Virus record (IMG/VR): IMGVR_UViG_3300010234_000045
Coordinates: 1-31,433 of that record
DNA from: a virus
Taxonomy: Duplodnaviria; Caudoviricetes
Reading direction: 5' to 3' (one strand)
Length of the DNA stretch: 31,433 bases
The notes beneath the pieces were generated by a model. The model searched no databases and was not told the DNA's origin. It worked only from the letters and a program-made list of their open reading frames with translations. Shown here one piece after another: positions 8,292 to 17,377 of this stretch; position 1 is the stretch's first letter, and the number at the start of each line of letters is the position of its first letter. The translations under genes were made by a program, and so were the position numbers.

Positions 8292-8999
8292 ATGCCATCA
8301 AGTTATTCTACGGATTTAAAACTAGAGCTCATGGTCACGGGTGAAAAAGCCGGTCTATGGGGAGATATTACTAATACCAATTTAAACATTATTCAACAAG
8401 CCATTGCAGGTTATGAATCTGTTGCAGTTAATAATACTCAAGGAGTAACATTAACATTTACTAATGGTGCCCTTTCAGACGGTAAAAATTCTACTATAGA
8501 ACTTACAGGAACTTTAGCAACTACCTCTGTAAACGTAGTTGTTCCAGACGGAATTGAAAAAACATATAATATTAAAAACTCAGTTGATCATGCAGGATTT
8601 AATGTACAAGTAAAAACTGCTACCGGAACAGGTGTTCAAATAGCAGAAGGTAACTCGTATGTTTTATATTCTGATGGAACAAATGTTAAAAAAGTTTCAG
8701 AAGATAAAAACTGGAGAGCAGTATCAGCATCTGAAACAGTTCAAGAAGGTGCTCAAATTTTAGCAAATACTAACGGTGGTATTTTCACTTTGACTTTACC
8801 TGCTTCTCCATCTACAGGATCAGAAGTTTCAGTTATTGACCAAGGATATGATTTTAATACAAACGCACTAACAGTAGGAAGAAACGGTTCTAACATTGCC
8901 AACTCTGCAGCCGATCTAACCATCAACACACAAGGTGCTGGATTTACATTAGTATACTCAGGAGACGCAACTACTGGTTGGACTTATAAGGAGAAATAA
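8292..8999 (+). CDS. Putative tail fibre base/baseplate-wedge-like protein
   Basis: 235 aa. The C-terminal LTLPASPSTGSEVSVID...LTVGRNGSNI...LVY...GW domain resembles T4 gp9/gp10-like fibre attachment domains. Confidence 0.6.
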   Translation: MPSSYSTDLKLELMVTGEKAGLWGDITNTNLNIIQQAIAGYESVAVNNTQGVTLTFTNGALSDGKNSTIELTGTLATTSVNVVVPDGIEKTYNIKNSVDHAGFNVQVKTATGTGVQIAEGNSYVLYSDGTNVKKVSEDKNWRAVSASETVQEGAQILANTNGGIFTLTLPASPSTGSEVSVIDQGYDFNTNALTVGRNGSNIANSAADLTINTQGAGFTLVYSGDATTGWTYKEK

Positions 9000-9002
9000 T
9001 CG

Positions 9003-9602
9003 ATGGCTAATTATGAGGCTACGAAGTACGATTTCTCTGGTAGTAATCTATCAGGTATTCAAGGAGTTAACACAGGAATTATAGTTCCCTGGTCCAACGC
9101 TAGTGTTCCTAGTGGTTTCTTAGAATGCGCAGGTGCAGCAGTAAGTAGAACTACCTATGCAGCTTTATTTGCAGTTATTGCAGACACGTATGGTGCAGGA
9201 GACGGCTCTACTACTTTTAATTTACCCGATTTAACAGACAGAATAATTGTTTCAAAAAGTCCAAGTTTTGCGTTAGCTTCTACTGGAGGAGCCGATGCTG
9301 TTACAGCGACAGGGAACGTATCTGGAGGAGCTGATCCTACTGCGTTAAGTACCCCTACCATAGCTGCACACACTCATCCACAAGGAGCACGTACTGGAGG
9401 AGGAGCAGGACCTCGTTCATCTATGGGTCTTCCTGATGAAGGTGTCCCTACTTATCCAAATTGGAGCCCTAATGGAACTTTTACTACAATGGCCGCTGGA
9501 GGAGACGGTGCTCATACGCATCCGTTAGCAGCAACTTTTACAGGTGGATCAGACAGTGTGCTACAACCTTATTTAACTGTAATGTATATAATTAAAACAT
9601 AA
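9003..9602 (+). CDS. Tail collar domain protein / short tail fibre, paralogue 1
   Basis: GIIVPW...PSGFLECAGAAVSRTTYAALFAVI...YGAGDGSTTFNLPDL collar motif; HxH motifs; QPYLTVMYIIKT end. Confidence 0.9.
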   Translation: MANYEATKYDFSGSNLSGIQGVNTGIIVPWSNASVPSGFLECAGAAVSRTTYAALFAVIADTYGAGDGSTTFNLPDLTDRIIVSKSPSFALASTGGADAVTATGNVSGGADPTALSTPTIAAHTHPQGARTGGGAGPRSSMGLPDEGVPTYPNWSPNGTFTTMAAGGDGAHTHPLAATFTGGSDSVLQPYLTVMYIIKT

Positions 9603-10186
9603 TGGCAAATTACGAAGCAACTAGATATGATTTTGACGGTCAGTTTTTAACTGATGTAGAAGGAGTTAACACAGGTATTATTGTACCTTGGAGTGACTCT
9701 ACTCTTCCCAGTGGTTTTTTAGCTTGTAATGGAGCTGCGGTTAGTAGAACTACGTATGCTGCTTTGTTTTCTGTAGTTGGAACTAATTATGGTGCAGGAG
9801 ATGGATCTACTACTTTTAACGTACCTGATTTAACTGATAGGACTTGTTTAGGAAAATCTCCTGGTAAAGCTCAATTTTCTACAGGTGGAGCAAACACAGT
9901 AACTACTACAGGAAATGTTAGTGGCTCTTCAGGTAATACCACTCTTAGCACCGCTCAACTGCCTTCTCATACCCACCCTTCTGGAGGAAATAGAGGAAGC
10001 CCTGCAGGAACAACTGAAACTAATTCTCCAAGTGGGACTGGAAACACAGGAAGTAATTCAGGTGGAAACACAGGAAACGCAGGATCAGATGGAAGTCACT
10101 CTCATTCTTTTTCAGGGAATTTTACAGGTGGAGCAGATAGTGTACTTCAACCTTATTTAACTTTAACGTATATTATAAAAACATAA
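9602..10186 (+). CDS. Tail collar domain protein, paralogue 2
   Basis: Same collar motif; LPSHTH and HSHS motifs; TAATG coupling. Confidence 0.9.
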   Translation: MANYEATRYDFDGQFLTDVEGVNTGIIVPWSDSTLPSGFLACNGAAVSRTTYAALFSVVGTNYGAGDGSTTFNVPDLTDRTCLGKSPGKAQFSTGGANTVTTTGNVSGSSGNTTLSTAQLPSHTHPSGGNRGSPAGTTETNSPSGTGNTGSNSGGNTGNAGSDGSHSHSFSGNFTGGADSVLQPYLTLTYIIKT

Positions 10187-10740
10187 TGGCAAATTACGAA
10201 GCGACTAGATATGATTTTGATGCAGCAAACCTAACTGGTATTCAAGGGGTTAACACAGGTATAGTAATACCTTGGAGTGACAGTTCTATTCCTAGCGGTT
10301 TTTTAGAGTGTGATGGAACTGCGGTCAGTAGAACTACGTATGCAGATTTATTTTCTGTGGTGGGTACTACTTATGGAGTGGGAGACAATTCTACTACTTT
10401 TAACGTACCTAATTTACAAGGTAAATGTTGTCAAAATAATTCACCCTCTAAAGCATTAGCTAGTTCTGGCGGAGCTGCAACGGTAGCAGCCACAGGAAAT
10501 GTTTCAGGGGATTTAGCCTCTCATACTCTATCTGAGTCAGAAATTGCCTCTCATGCGCATCCAGCGACTGGTTTTGGAAATTCTAGTGGAGCCCCTGGAA
10601 GTGGTGGAAGTTTATCCGCTGGAGGAAGTATTGGTGGAGGCGGAGGACATGTTCATGCTGTAGCAGGGGCTGGTTTAACGGGAGACGCTAAATCGGTATT
10701 GCAAAAGTATATAACTTTAGTATATATTATAAAAACTTAA
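10186..10740 (+). CDS. Tail collar domain protein, paralogue 3
   Basis: Same collar motif; HAH and HVH motifs; TAATG coupling. Confidence 0.9.
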   Translation: MANYEATRYDFDAANLTGIQGVNTGIVIPWSDSSIPSGFLECDGTAVSRTTYADLFSVVGTTYGVGDNSTTFNVPNLQGKCCQNNSPSKALASSGGAATVAATGNVSGDLASHTLSESEIASHAHPATGFGNSSGAPGSGGSLSAGGSIGGGGGHVHAVAGAGLTGDAKSVLQKYITLVYIIKT

Positions 10741-10751
10741 AAGGAGAAAAT

Positions 10752-11174
10752 ATGAAACACGGAATTTGGACAGTAATCTTCCCAGACAAAAGAATTATCA
10801 AAAAAACAGATGATTTTAATATAGAAACAGGAAGAGGATATGTAATTAACGATGATGCATTTTGGAATCAATCTAAATTTTCAAACCTACATGCTATTCA
10901 ATTTACAGATGATAATACGGATAATGATCAAGTAGAGTATGCAGATACTAGTCCTAACGGTAGTTATGACGTTAACGTATTAGGAAATTTTTCTCAATTT
11001 ATAGAGAAATTTGATGTAGCTCATTTAGCACAAATTCAAGCGGAATGGGACGCTGATGTTTTCACTGTAGATAATGAAAACTTTGGACAGCCAGGAGAAC
11101 TGGCTCTTAGAGAAGAAACTACAGAAGAACAAATAACAAGAAAAGGACCAAGGCCTACTAGTTACTCTTCTTAA
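10752..11174 (+). CDS. Hypothetical protein, possible tail fibre assembly chaperone
   Basis: 140 aa, acidic, AAGGAG SD, directly after the fibre genes. Function inferred from position only. Confidence 0.45.
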   Translation: MKHGIWTVIFPDKRIIKKTDDFNIETGRGYVINDDAFWNQSKFSNLHAIQFTDDNTDNDQVEYADTSPNGSYDVNVLGNFSQFIEKFDVAHLAQIQAEWDADVFTVDNENFGQPGELALREETTEEQITRKGPRPTSYSS

Positions 11175-11183
11175 TTTTTGCAA

Positions 11184-11792
11184 ATGAAAGTTATAGATAC
11201 AGTCAAAAGATTTGATTCTTTAATACCTTCTGGTTGGTGTAATTTAGTCACTGATTTTATAGACAATAGAAATATCACCAATTTATCTATTGCTGCGGGA
11301 GAAAAAAAAGAAATCAGAAATGTAAAAGGTATTTCTTTTATTCCTAAAATTTATTCGTTACGTAATTGTTCTAAAAAAAATTTAATTAAATTAATCCCTA
11401 TGTGTATGTTTTCTTTACAAATAAGAAAACTACTAGAAGTACCTTTATTAAATTATAGTATGATGTTTCCTGGGTGTAACGTAAGTAAGATATTGCAAAT
11501 AGATTTTTTAAAATATCAAGAAGGTGGGAAATATGAAAGACATTCAGACAGGGGTAATGAATCTTCAGGGAGCATGGATAGATATATGTCCGTGATTATA
11601 AATTTAAATTCAAATTATGAAGGTGGAGAATTTATTTTTTTCAATCCTACAACGAGAAAAGAAGATGTAATAAGAGAAGAAAAATTAAAAGAGGGTTCTG
11701 TTTTAATGTTTCCTTCTAATTTTCTTTTTCCACATTCTGTGAAACCTATAACAAAAGGAACAAGGTATAGTTTGGTATGTTGGCTGGCATAA
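11184..11792 (+). CDS. 2OG-Fe(II) oxygenase (prolyl-hydroxylase-like)
   Basis: YERHSD...YEGGEF...FPSNFLFPHSVKPITKGTRYSLVCW. The ATG at 11184 is preferred to the TTG at 11178. Confidence 0.9.
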   Translation: MKVIDTVKRFDSLIPSGWCNLVTDFIDNRNITNLSIAAGEKKEIRNVKGISFIPKIYSLRNCSKKNLIKLIPMCMFSLQIRKLLEVPLLNYSMMFPGCNVSKILQIDFLKYQEGGKYERHSDRGNESSGSMDRYMSVIINLNSNYEGGEFIFFNPTTRKEDVIREEKLKEGSVLMFPSNFLFPHSVKPITKGTRYSLVCWLA

Positions 11793-12307
11793 GAGAACAA
11801 AAATATATTTATATAAATAATTTTTTTTCAAAAGAAGAGTTAAGTATTTTACAACCTTATTGTATAGATAGAACTGCAAAGGCTACTATTAAAGATTTAG
11901 ACGAACAAAGTTTGAATGCTCCTAGTTATTATAAAGATCCTATCATGGATATCATGTTAATAAACAAAATGAAAAAAGCAGAAGAGGTGTCTAAGTTATC
12001 TCTATACTCTACTTATGCTTATTGGAGAGGATATACGTACGGTTCTATTTTAGAGGACCATACAGATAGAGAATCTTGTGAGATTAGTATAACTGCCAAT
12101 ATAGATAGTTGTGGTATTTCATGGCCTTTACATATGGAACATAAGGATATAGAAGTTAAAACAGGAGATGCCGTAATGTATTTAGGATGTGATGTTTTGC
12201 ATGGAAGAAAGAATTATTTTAAAGGTGATTACATGGCTCAAGTTTTCTTTCATTATGTAGATCAAAATGGTCCTTATCGAAGTTTTAAAAACGATGAAAA
12301 AAAATAA
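11777..12307 (+). CDS. 2OG-Fe(II) oxygenase
   Basis: LEDHTDRESCEIS...GDAVMYLGCDVLHGR...QVFFHY. Confidence 0.85.
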   Translation: MLAGIREQKYIYINNFFSKEELSILQPYCIDRTAKATIKDLDEQSLNAPSYYKDPIMDIMLINKMKKAEEVSKLSLYSTYAYWRGYTYGSILEDHTDRESCEISITANIDSCGISWPLHMEHKDIEVKTGDAVMYLGCDVLHGRKNYFKGDYMAQVFFHYVDQNGPYRSFKNDEKK

Positions 12308-12905
12308 AAAACAAGTATATAGTATTAAAGATTTCATAGGTGTTTTTGATAATTTTATTGATGATCAAATATGCGATCAATTAATAAAAGGTTTCTTACA
12401 AGAAGAAAAATTTAAAAAAACATATGGAAGAGCACACGAAATTCAAGGGGCTCCCACACAAAAAAAAGATACCTCTTGCAACGTAGACAATCAAAATTTT
12501 GATATTACTTTTAAAAAGGTCAATCCTTTGTTTAAAATAGCCATGGAAAATGTCTTGAGTTTGTATTTGAAAGAAACGGGAATAGGAGAATTTTTACCAA
12601 AAGACATTAATTGGTGTCCATTTAAAATACAAAGAACTGAGCCCTCTGGAGGATACCATGTATGGCATGTAGAACGTGGTAACAAAGTAGATGATATGGA
12701 TCGCCTTTTGGTGTTTACAGTTTATTTAAATGATATTAAAGAAGGTGGAGAAACAGAATTTTTATATCAAAAACAAAGAGTATCTCCTAAAAAAGGAACT
12801 GCTTGTATATTCCCTGCGCATTTCCCATATGTCCATAGAGGAAACCCTCCTTTAAAAGGAACTAAATATATTGCCACTGGTTGGTTTGTTTCTAACTTTT
12901 ATTAG
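12294..12905 (+). CDS. 2OG-Fe(II) oxygenase
   Basis: GGYHVWHVE...VYLNDIKEGGETEF...HRGNPPLKGTKYIATGW. Start is uncertain (12267 or 12294). Confidence 0.9.
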   Translation: MKKNKKQVYSIKDFIGVFDNFIDDQICDQLIKGFLQEEKFKKTYGRAHEIQGAPTQKKDTSCNVDNQNFDITFKKVNPLFKIAMENVLSLYLKETGIGEFLPKDINWCPFKIQRTEPSGGYHVWHVERGNKVDDMDRLLVFTVYLNDIKEGGETEFLYQKQRVSPKKGTACIFPAHFPYVHRGNPPLKGTKYIATGWFVSNFY

Positions 12906-13476
12906 AAGGTAAATCCCATTCTCTAACACTATCTATATTTAGAACTAGATTGTATCTATTTTTTTTTGAAGTACTTGCTTCTACTCCATGTAGAATTTGA
13001 GGAGGAAAAAAATAATAATCACCAGGTTTAGGGTGAATTTTTAAATTTAACTCAGGTAATAATAAAGGATTTCCATCTGTTAAATACAAAATAGCATTAT
13101 ACGTTGAATGATGATGTGGAGTTACGTAATCTCCTTCTTTAATTTCTGTTCCCCATGCTTCTTTTATAAATTGTTTACTTAAAAAATTTTCAAAAAGATA
13201 AGGATGAGTGCTTTGGTGTTTTAGTATACAATGTTGGATAAATTTTGAAGTAAAGGAATGGTCTACAAAGGCTTTCCATGGCGTTTTTCCTCCTTTTACA
13301 TTGCTTTTATATGAATGTTCTTTTGATATTTTTTCTTTAATTTCTAATATAAAATTGTGTATATCTGCAAGGTGCGGATAATAACCATACAAAATATCAA
13401 CTGTTCTAGGGTATGTGATAACCAAACTTTGGCTATGAGAAGGGACAGGACTTGATTTGTCAATAAACTCAAACAT
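12892..13476 (-). CDS. Putative 2OG-Fe(II) oxygenase (HxH type, TIGR02466-like)
   Basis: EAWG...GDYVTPHHH...AILYL...FFPPQILHGV...RYNLVLN. Confidence 0.8.
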   Translation of the reverse strand: MFEFIDKSSPVPSHSQSLVITYPRTVDILYGYYPHLADIHNFILEIKEKISKEHSYKSNVKGGKTPWKAFVDHSFTSKFIQHCILKHQSTHPYLFENFLSKQFIKEAWGTEIKEGDYVTPHHHSTYNAILYLTDGNPLLLPELNLKIHPKPGDYYFFPPQILHGVEASTSKKNRYNLVLNIDSVREWDLPSNKS

Positions 13477-14161
13477 TAAAATATTCTTTCGGGTTATGTT
13501 TTAAATTATATTTTATTAAACTGAATAAGTCAAAAGGATCACATGGATTTTCCTGTAGCTCATAGGGATTTGCTTCTTTTTCTATTAAAGAAGGAGCTAT
13601 ATCTTTTAATTTTATAGAAACACCTGATCCTACATCAAAAGTTTTTTTCATTAAAGGTCGTTTTGACAATCTGTATATAATCTCACACACATCTTCTACA
13701 TGAATAAAATCTCTACTGTGTCCTTTGCTGATATACTGTAAGGTATTGTTTTTAAATTTATACCCAAATAAGTCTTCTTTACCTTCATACGTATCTGCAT
13801 ATAAATTGGTTAATCGTAAATTAGTTCCTAATTCGTTAAAATCTTCAGCTACTTTTTTTGTTGTGGCATAAGGATTTAACCACCATTGTTTTGCAGCGGA
13901 CGTAGAGGTGTAGATAGTAGGTATGCTATGTTTAAAAACTTGTTTACTTCCCTCTACATTAACGTTCCAGTATCCTTCAGGATTATGTATGCTTTCTCTA
14001 ACTCCTGGTTTTGCTGCTAAGTGTATTATTAAATCACAGTTACTAGGTGGAGTAAAATCTAATATGTTTTTATTTTGTTTAATATCATACTCAATAACAT
14101 CTAAGAAATATTTTTTTAAATGAGAACCTAACCAACCCGAGGAGCCTGTAATAACTATCAT
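13469..14161 (-). CDS. NAD-dependent epimerase/dehydratase (extended SDR)
   Basis: TGSSGWLG Rossmann motif, IHLAA, catalytic YATTK, RDFIHVED. Confidence 0.9.
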   Translation of the reverse strand: MIVITGSSGWLGSHLKKYFLDVIEYDIKQNKNILDFTPPSNCDLIIHLAAKPGVRESIHNPEGYWNVNVEGSKQVFKHSIPTIYTSTSAAKQWWLNPYATTKKVAEDFNELGTNLRLTNLYADTYEGKEDLFGYKFKNNTLQYISKGHSRDFIHVEDVCEIIYRLSKRPLMKKTFDVGSGVSIKLKDIAPSLIEKEANPYELQENPCDPFDLFSLIKYNLKHNPKEYFNV

Positions 14162-14835
14162 GTTAAATCTACTTGGTTTGTTTTTTGTCCAAACTTTTTA
14201 GGGAATACATTCATACTAAATGTATATCTATTATGTGTGCTTTTATTTTTTGTAACCATATGAAGCATAGAAGAAGGAAAGATAAGCACATTGTTTTTAA
14301 TGGTTGGTTCTTTATGTATAATAAAAGGTTGAAAGTTTTCTTGTATATGTTGTCCTTCTTCATCATACCAATCTAATAATTTAAAATTAAACGATGCTCC
14401 TGATGACCCTCCTCTTGGTCGCATTGGATACACATATAATTTTTGATCTACCCATTCATTAAGTCTATAAAATAAGGTATTACAATCTGCATCATTTAAA
14501 TACCATACACATGTTAGCATACAATTAGCATGATCGTGAGGAGAATGAAATTCTCCTTGTTTAGTACAATTGACTTGAGAATTGGTAATATGCAAGTCAC
14601 TAGCTTCAAAGCTATTTTCTTTTATTACTTGCTCCATTTGGTTTAAAATAATATCCGCTCCCTTTTTTATAGGGTCTTTAGTATGTAAAGTAAAATCTTC
14701 CGAAGTAGAATTAGGTCTAAAAAATCCTTTTTTAAATTTTAATTGTTCTACATAATTTAATGCTTCATCTGTAATGGTAGATGGCATTTTATACTTATAT
14801 ACATAAGACGGATTTATTAATTCTTTACTCAACAT
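14158..14835 (-). CDS. Putative 2OG-Fe(II) oxygenase (HxH type, TIGR02466-like)
   Basis: HSPHDHAN...CVWYL...LIFPSSMLHMV...RYTFSMN. Confidence 0.85.
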   Translation of the reverse strand: MLSKELINPSYVYKYKMPSTITDEALNYVEQLKFKKGFFRPNSTSEDFTLHTKDPIKKGADIILNQMEQVIKENSFEASDLHITNSQVNCTKQGEFHSPHDHANCMLTCVWYLNDADCNTLFYRLNEWVDQKLYVYPMRPRGGSSGASFNFKLLDWYDEEGQHIQENFQPFIIHKEPTIKNNVLIFPSSMLHMVTKNKSTHNRYTFSMNVFPKKFGQKTNQVDLT

Positions 14836-15280
14836 TTATTTTCCACACACATATTATTCTACTATCTTTACTATCCTTGAACACGGTACCTGTATGTTCT
14901 AGTTCTGCTTTAAATATAACTAACCTATTAGGTTTAAATTCTATATAGTTTGGTTTATCCGTCCAAATGATTGTACCGCCAAGCCATGATTTATCGTATA
15001 TTGGATTTACATAAAACAAAGCAGTATGAGTAGAGTTTTTATCTGCATGTATTTTTTGAATATCAGAGACATTTGCAAAAACTCCAACACTGTATGCTCG
15101 GTACAAAGAAACTTTTTTGTTTAATTTGCTTCCTATTTGTTTAGTGCAGTGCTTAGTGTAAAAATCATCTGTTAAATCTTTATATACACGACTTTGACGA
15201 AGCGACCATTTTACTTTAGACTCTGCAGTTATTCTTAAATAATCTTGCTCGTTAAAAAAATTATCAAATATTTCTATCAT
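14825..15280 (-). CDS. 2OG-Fe(II) oxygenase
   Basis: IHAD...ALFYVN...WLGGT...KPNRLVIF...HTG...RIICVW. Confidence 0.85.
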   Translation of the reverse strand: MIEIFDNFFNEQDYLRITAESKVKWSLRQSRVYKDLTDDFYTKHCTKQIGSKLNKKVSLYRAYSVGVFANVSDIQKIHADKNSTHTALFYVNPIYDKSWLGGTIIWTDKPNYIEFKPNRLVIFKAELEHTGTVFKDSKDSRIICVWKINVE

Positions 15281-16001
15281 TTCTAATAATACTACTTATA
15301 TCATTTATTAATTTTGGCAATGTAGTTGTATTGCCTTTGTTCCAAATTGGATAGTATTCTTCTGATTTTTTCCAAAAACCATAATATTGATCAGATCTAT
15401 TTCTTAACCATGAAGAAGGAAATGTTTTAAGGGATGCGCTATTAAAATAAAAACTAGCAGGTAGAAAAATTTGATCTCTTTTTTCAAATTTTTGCCACAT
15501 TTTCCACCAAGTGTTATTTATGTTTTCTACTACATCTGTTGTGGATCTTATAATCTGCCCTGCTAAAATACAAACATGTTTACTAAAATCATAATTTAAT
15601 TTTTTTAAATATTTGGTTGTTTTTATAATATGATTAGGAGTCATTCCTTTGGTCAAAAGAAAACAACACTCATCTAGATATGTTTTTCTAGTGTTATGTA
15701 AGGCTGTAGCAAAATCAGTTTCTTGAACACACTCATTTAACTTAATTTTTAAATCAGGTTTAAAAACAGTATTTGTATCAAAATAAACGTTTGGTTCATT
15801 AAATAGCTCATGGCTTAATATTTTATATTTACGCTGTGTATACAATTCATTTTTTTCTATAGGTATTTTTTTAAACTGCCATTGACCATGTTTGTTTTTA
15901 ATATCGTGCGTATGAAAAAAGATGTATTTAATACCTGTTTCAAACTGTTGTTGTTCAGGGATAATAGGATGATCTCCAGTTAAACAAGTATAAACAATCA
16001 T
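15264..16001 (-). CDS. Putative glycosyltransferase, DUF616 (TOD1/MUCI70)-like
   Basis: IVYTCLTGD start, RKYKILSH, VYFD, H..R..YLDE and WW...RDQI motifs. Confidence 0.7.
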   Translation of the reverse strand: MIVYTCLTGDHPIIPEQQQFETGIKYIFFHTHDIKNKHGQWQFKKIPIEKNELYTQRKYKILSHELFNEPNVYFDTNTVFKPDLKIKLNECVQETDFATALHNTRKTYLDECCFLLTKGMTPNHIIKTTKYLKKLNYDFSKHVCILAGQIIRSTTDVVENINNTWWKMWQKFEKRDQIFLPASFYFNSASLKTFPSSWLRNRSDQYYGFWKKSEEYYPIWNKGNTTTLPKLINDISSIIRNDRNI

Positions 16002-16474
16002 ATTAATCTTTTTGTTTTAAAAGCAAGTGTTATTCTAGGGATATTTTGTTTAGGGGGATTTCCTTTATGTAGTTTTGAAGCATCAAAATAAATCAAACGA
16101 TTAAATTTATATTGAATTTTTTCTTCATCTTTAATTTCAAAATGGCCTTCGTTCATATTTAATTTTTTAGAAGGCATATATAGAAAAGTAACATCCCCAT
16201 CATCCATATGAAAACTTCCTCCCATATTGTTGTAATGTAAGTTTGTGTATATTCGTAATACTTCAACAGGATAAATAAAATTTAATTTATATATTAAAAA
16301 ATCAGTCAATGGACTTAGAGGCACAGCGCCGTATAGAAAGGAAGAATTGTCTTCATGATTAGATCCATGACCTGTTTGATAAAGTATTGCTTTATATAAA
16401 TAATCAGATAAAAAGTTAGCTAATTGTGGTTCTAGCCAATTGTCGATTATAGTAGTAGGTGTATTCTTATTCAT
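15998..16474 (-). CDS. 2OG-Fe(II) oxygenase
   Basis: GSFHMDDG...TFLYM...YKFNRLIYFD...HKGNPP...RITLAFK. Confidence 0.85.
   Translation of the reverse strand: MNKNTPTTIIDNWLEPQLANFLSDYLYKAILYQTGHGSNHEDNSSFLYGAVPLSPLTDFLIYKLNFIYPVEVLRIYTNLHYNNMGGSFHMDDGDVTFLYMPSKKLNMNEGHFEIKDEEKIQYKFNRLIYFDASKLHKGNPPKQNIPRITLAFKTKRLI
16448..16474. repeat. 27-bp exact direct repeat, copy 1
   Basis: TATAGTAGTAGGTGTATTCTTATTCAT, identical to 17340-17366. Confidence 0.95.
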
Positions 16475-17340
16475 ATTTTTCTTTTTATAGTTTTAGGTTC
16501 TTGTGCTCTAGGTTTTGCATTATTAAAATTAGGACATTGAGTACAAAACCAACTAGGTTCATATTGAGTAGTGCAAAATTCTTTTAAGTCTTCTTGTAAA
16601 CTCAATCCATCATATTTTAAATAAGGTTTCCATTCTTCTGAGTCTAACTGATCTGTAGTTTTTAAAATATCTTTTATGTAAGCTGTTTGAGCGCATTTAT
16701 ATAGTCTTCCTTTATACAGTTGAGGATTTTCACAAATACAACCTTTTCTATAGCTTCCTTCTATGTCGTTAGAGTTATGAGGATATACTTTTCCATTTTT
16801 TTCTACCATAGAGTTTTTCCATAAATCTAAATAATCAATAGAATAAGCAATATGTTTTGATATATCCCAAAGATCCTTTTCTTCTGATATGTCCGATATA
16901 CTTAGACCTTGTTTTAAGGCTTCTTGTTTTAATAGTTTAGTATTTTTAATAATTAATTTTCCTTTTGGAGTATGTGGTAATTCATGAAGACTACATCTAA
17001 ATTTGGTTCCTCGTTTCATATGCATAATTATTTTATCTATATTTCTATGAATTAAAAGACCGTTGGTATAAAACCTAATTTGGCATTTATGTAAAAACAA
17101 TTTTTCTACTTCCGTTAAAAATTCACTCCAATTAGGTTCTAAAAAAGGCTCTCCTCCTAGAAGACTTATGTGGTGAGAGATGTCTATTTTTTTGTCAAAT
17201 TCTTTTAAATCTTCTAATAAGGTTTCTAGATTGATACGACTGTCGGCAGAAGCATATTGACTTAAATGACTACATCCACTGCAGCTTAAATTGCATCCAT
17301 TGATTATTTTAACATTTAATACGATTATTGTTTCTTTCAT
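16471..17340 (-). CDS. Radical SAM enzyme with C-terminal Cys cluster (SPASM/twitch-like)
   Basis: CNLSCSGC (CxxxCxxC), GGEPFL, YTNG, and C-terminal C...LYKC...CTQC. Confidence 0.9.
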   Translation of the reverse strand: MKETIIVLNVKIINGCNLSCSGCSHLSQYASADSRINLETLLEDLKEFDKKIDISHHISLLGGEPFLEPNWSEFLTEVEKLFLHKCQIRFYTNGLLIHRNIDKIIMHMKRGTKFRCSLHELPHTPKGKLIIKNTKLLKQEALKQGLSISDISEEKDLWDISKHIAYSIDYLDLWKNSMVEKNGKVYPHNSNDIEGSYRKGCICENPQLYKGRLYKCAQTAYIKDILKTTDQLDSEEWKPYLKYDGLSLQEDLKEFCTTQYEPSWFCTQCPNFNNAKPRAQEPKTIKRKI

Positions 17341-17366
17341 ATAGTAGTAGGTGTATTCTTATTCAT
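17337..17366 (-). CDS. 9-codon mini-ORF MNKNTPTTI (duplicate of the oxygenase N-terminus)
   Basis: The minus strand reads ATG AAT AAG AAT ACA CCT ACT ACT ATA TGA, and the stop overlaps the radical SAM ATG (ATGA). Confidence 0.5.
   Translation of the reverse strand: MNKNTPTTI
17340..17366. repeat. 27-bp exact direct repeat, copy 2
   Basis: Identical to 16448-16474. Confidence 0.95.
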
Positions 17367-17377
17367 TTATTTCTAAG

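Noticed and set aside
9003-10740. Diversity-generating retroelement TR/VR pair among the collar paralogues
   Set aside because: No reverse transcriptase in the window, all three copies are intact genes, and the differences are not adenine-specific.
16448-17366. IS element/transposon or CRISPR interpretation of the 27-bp repeat
   Set aside because: Only two copies, no transposase or terminal inverted repeats, and the intervening DNA is a whole enzyme gene.
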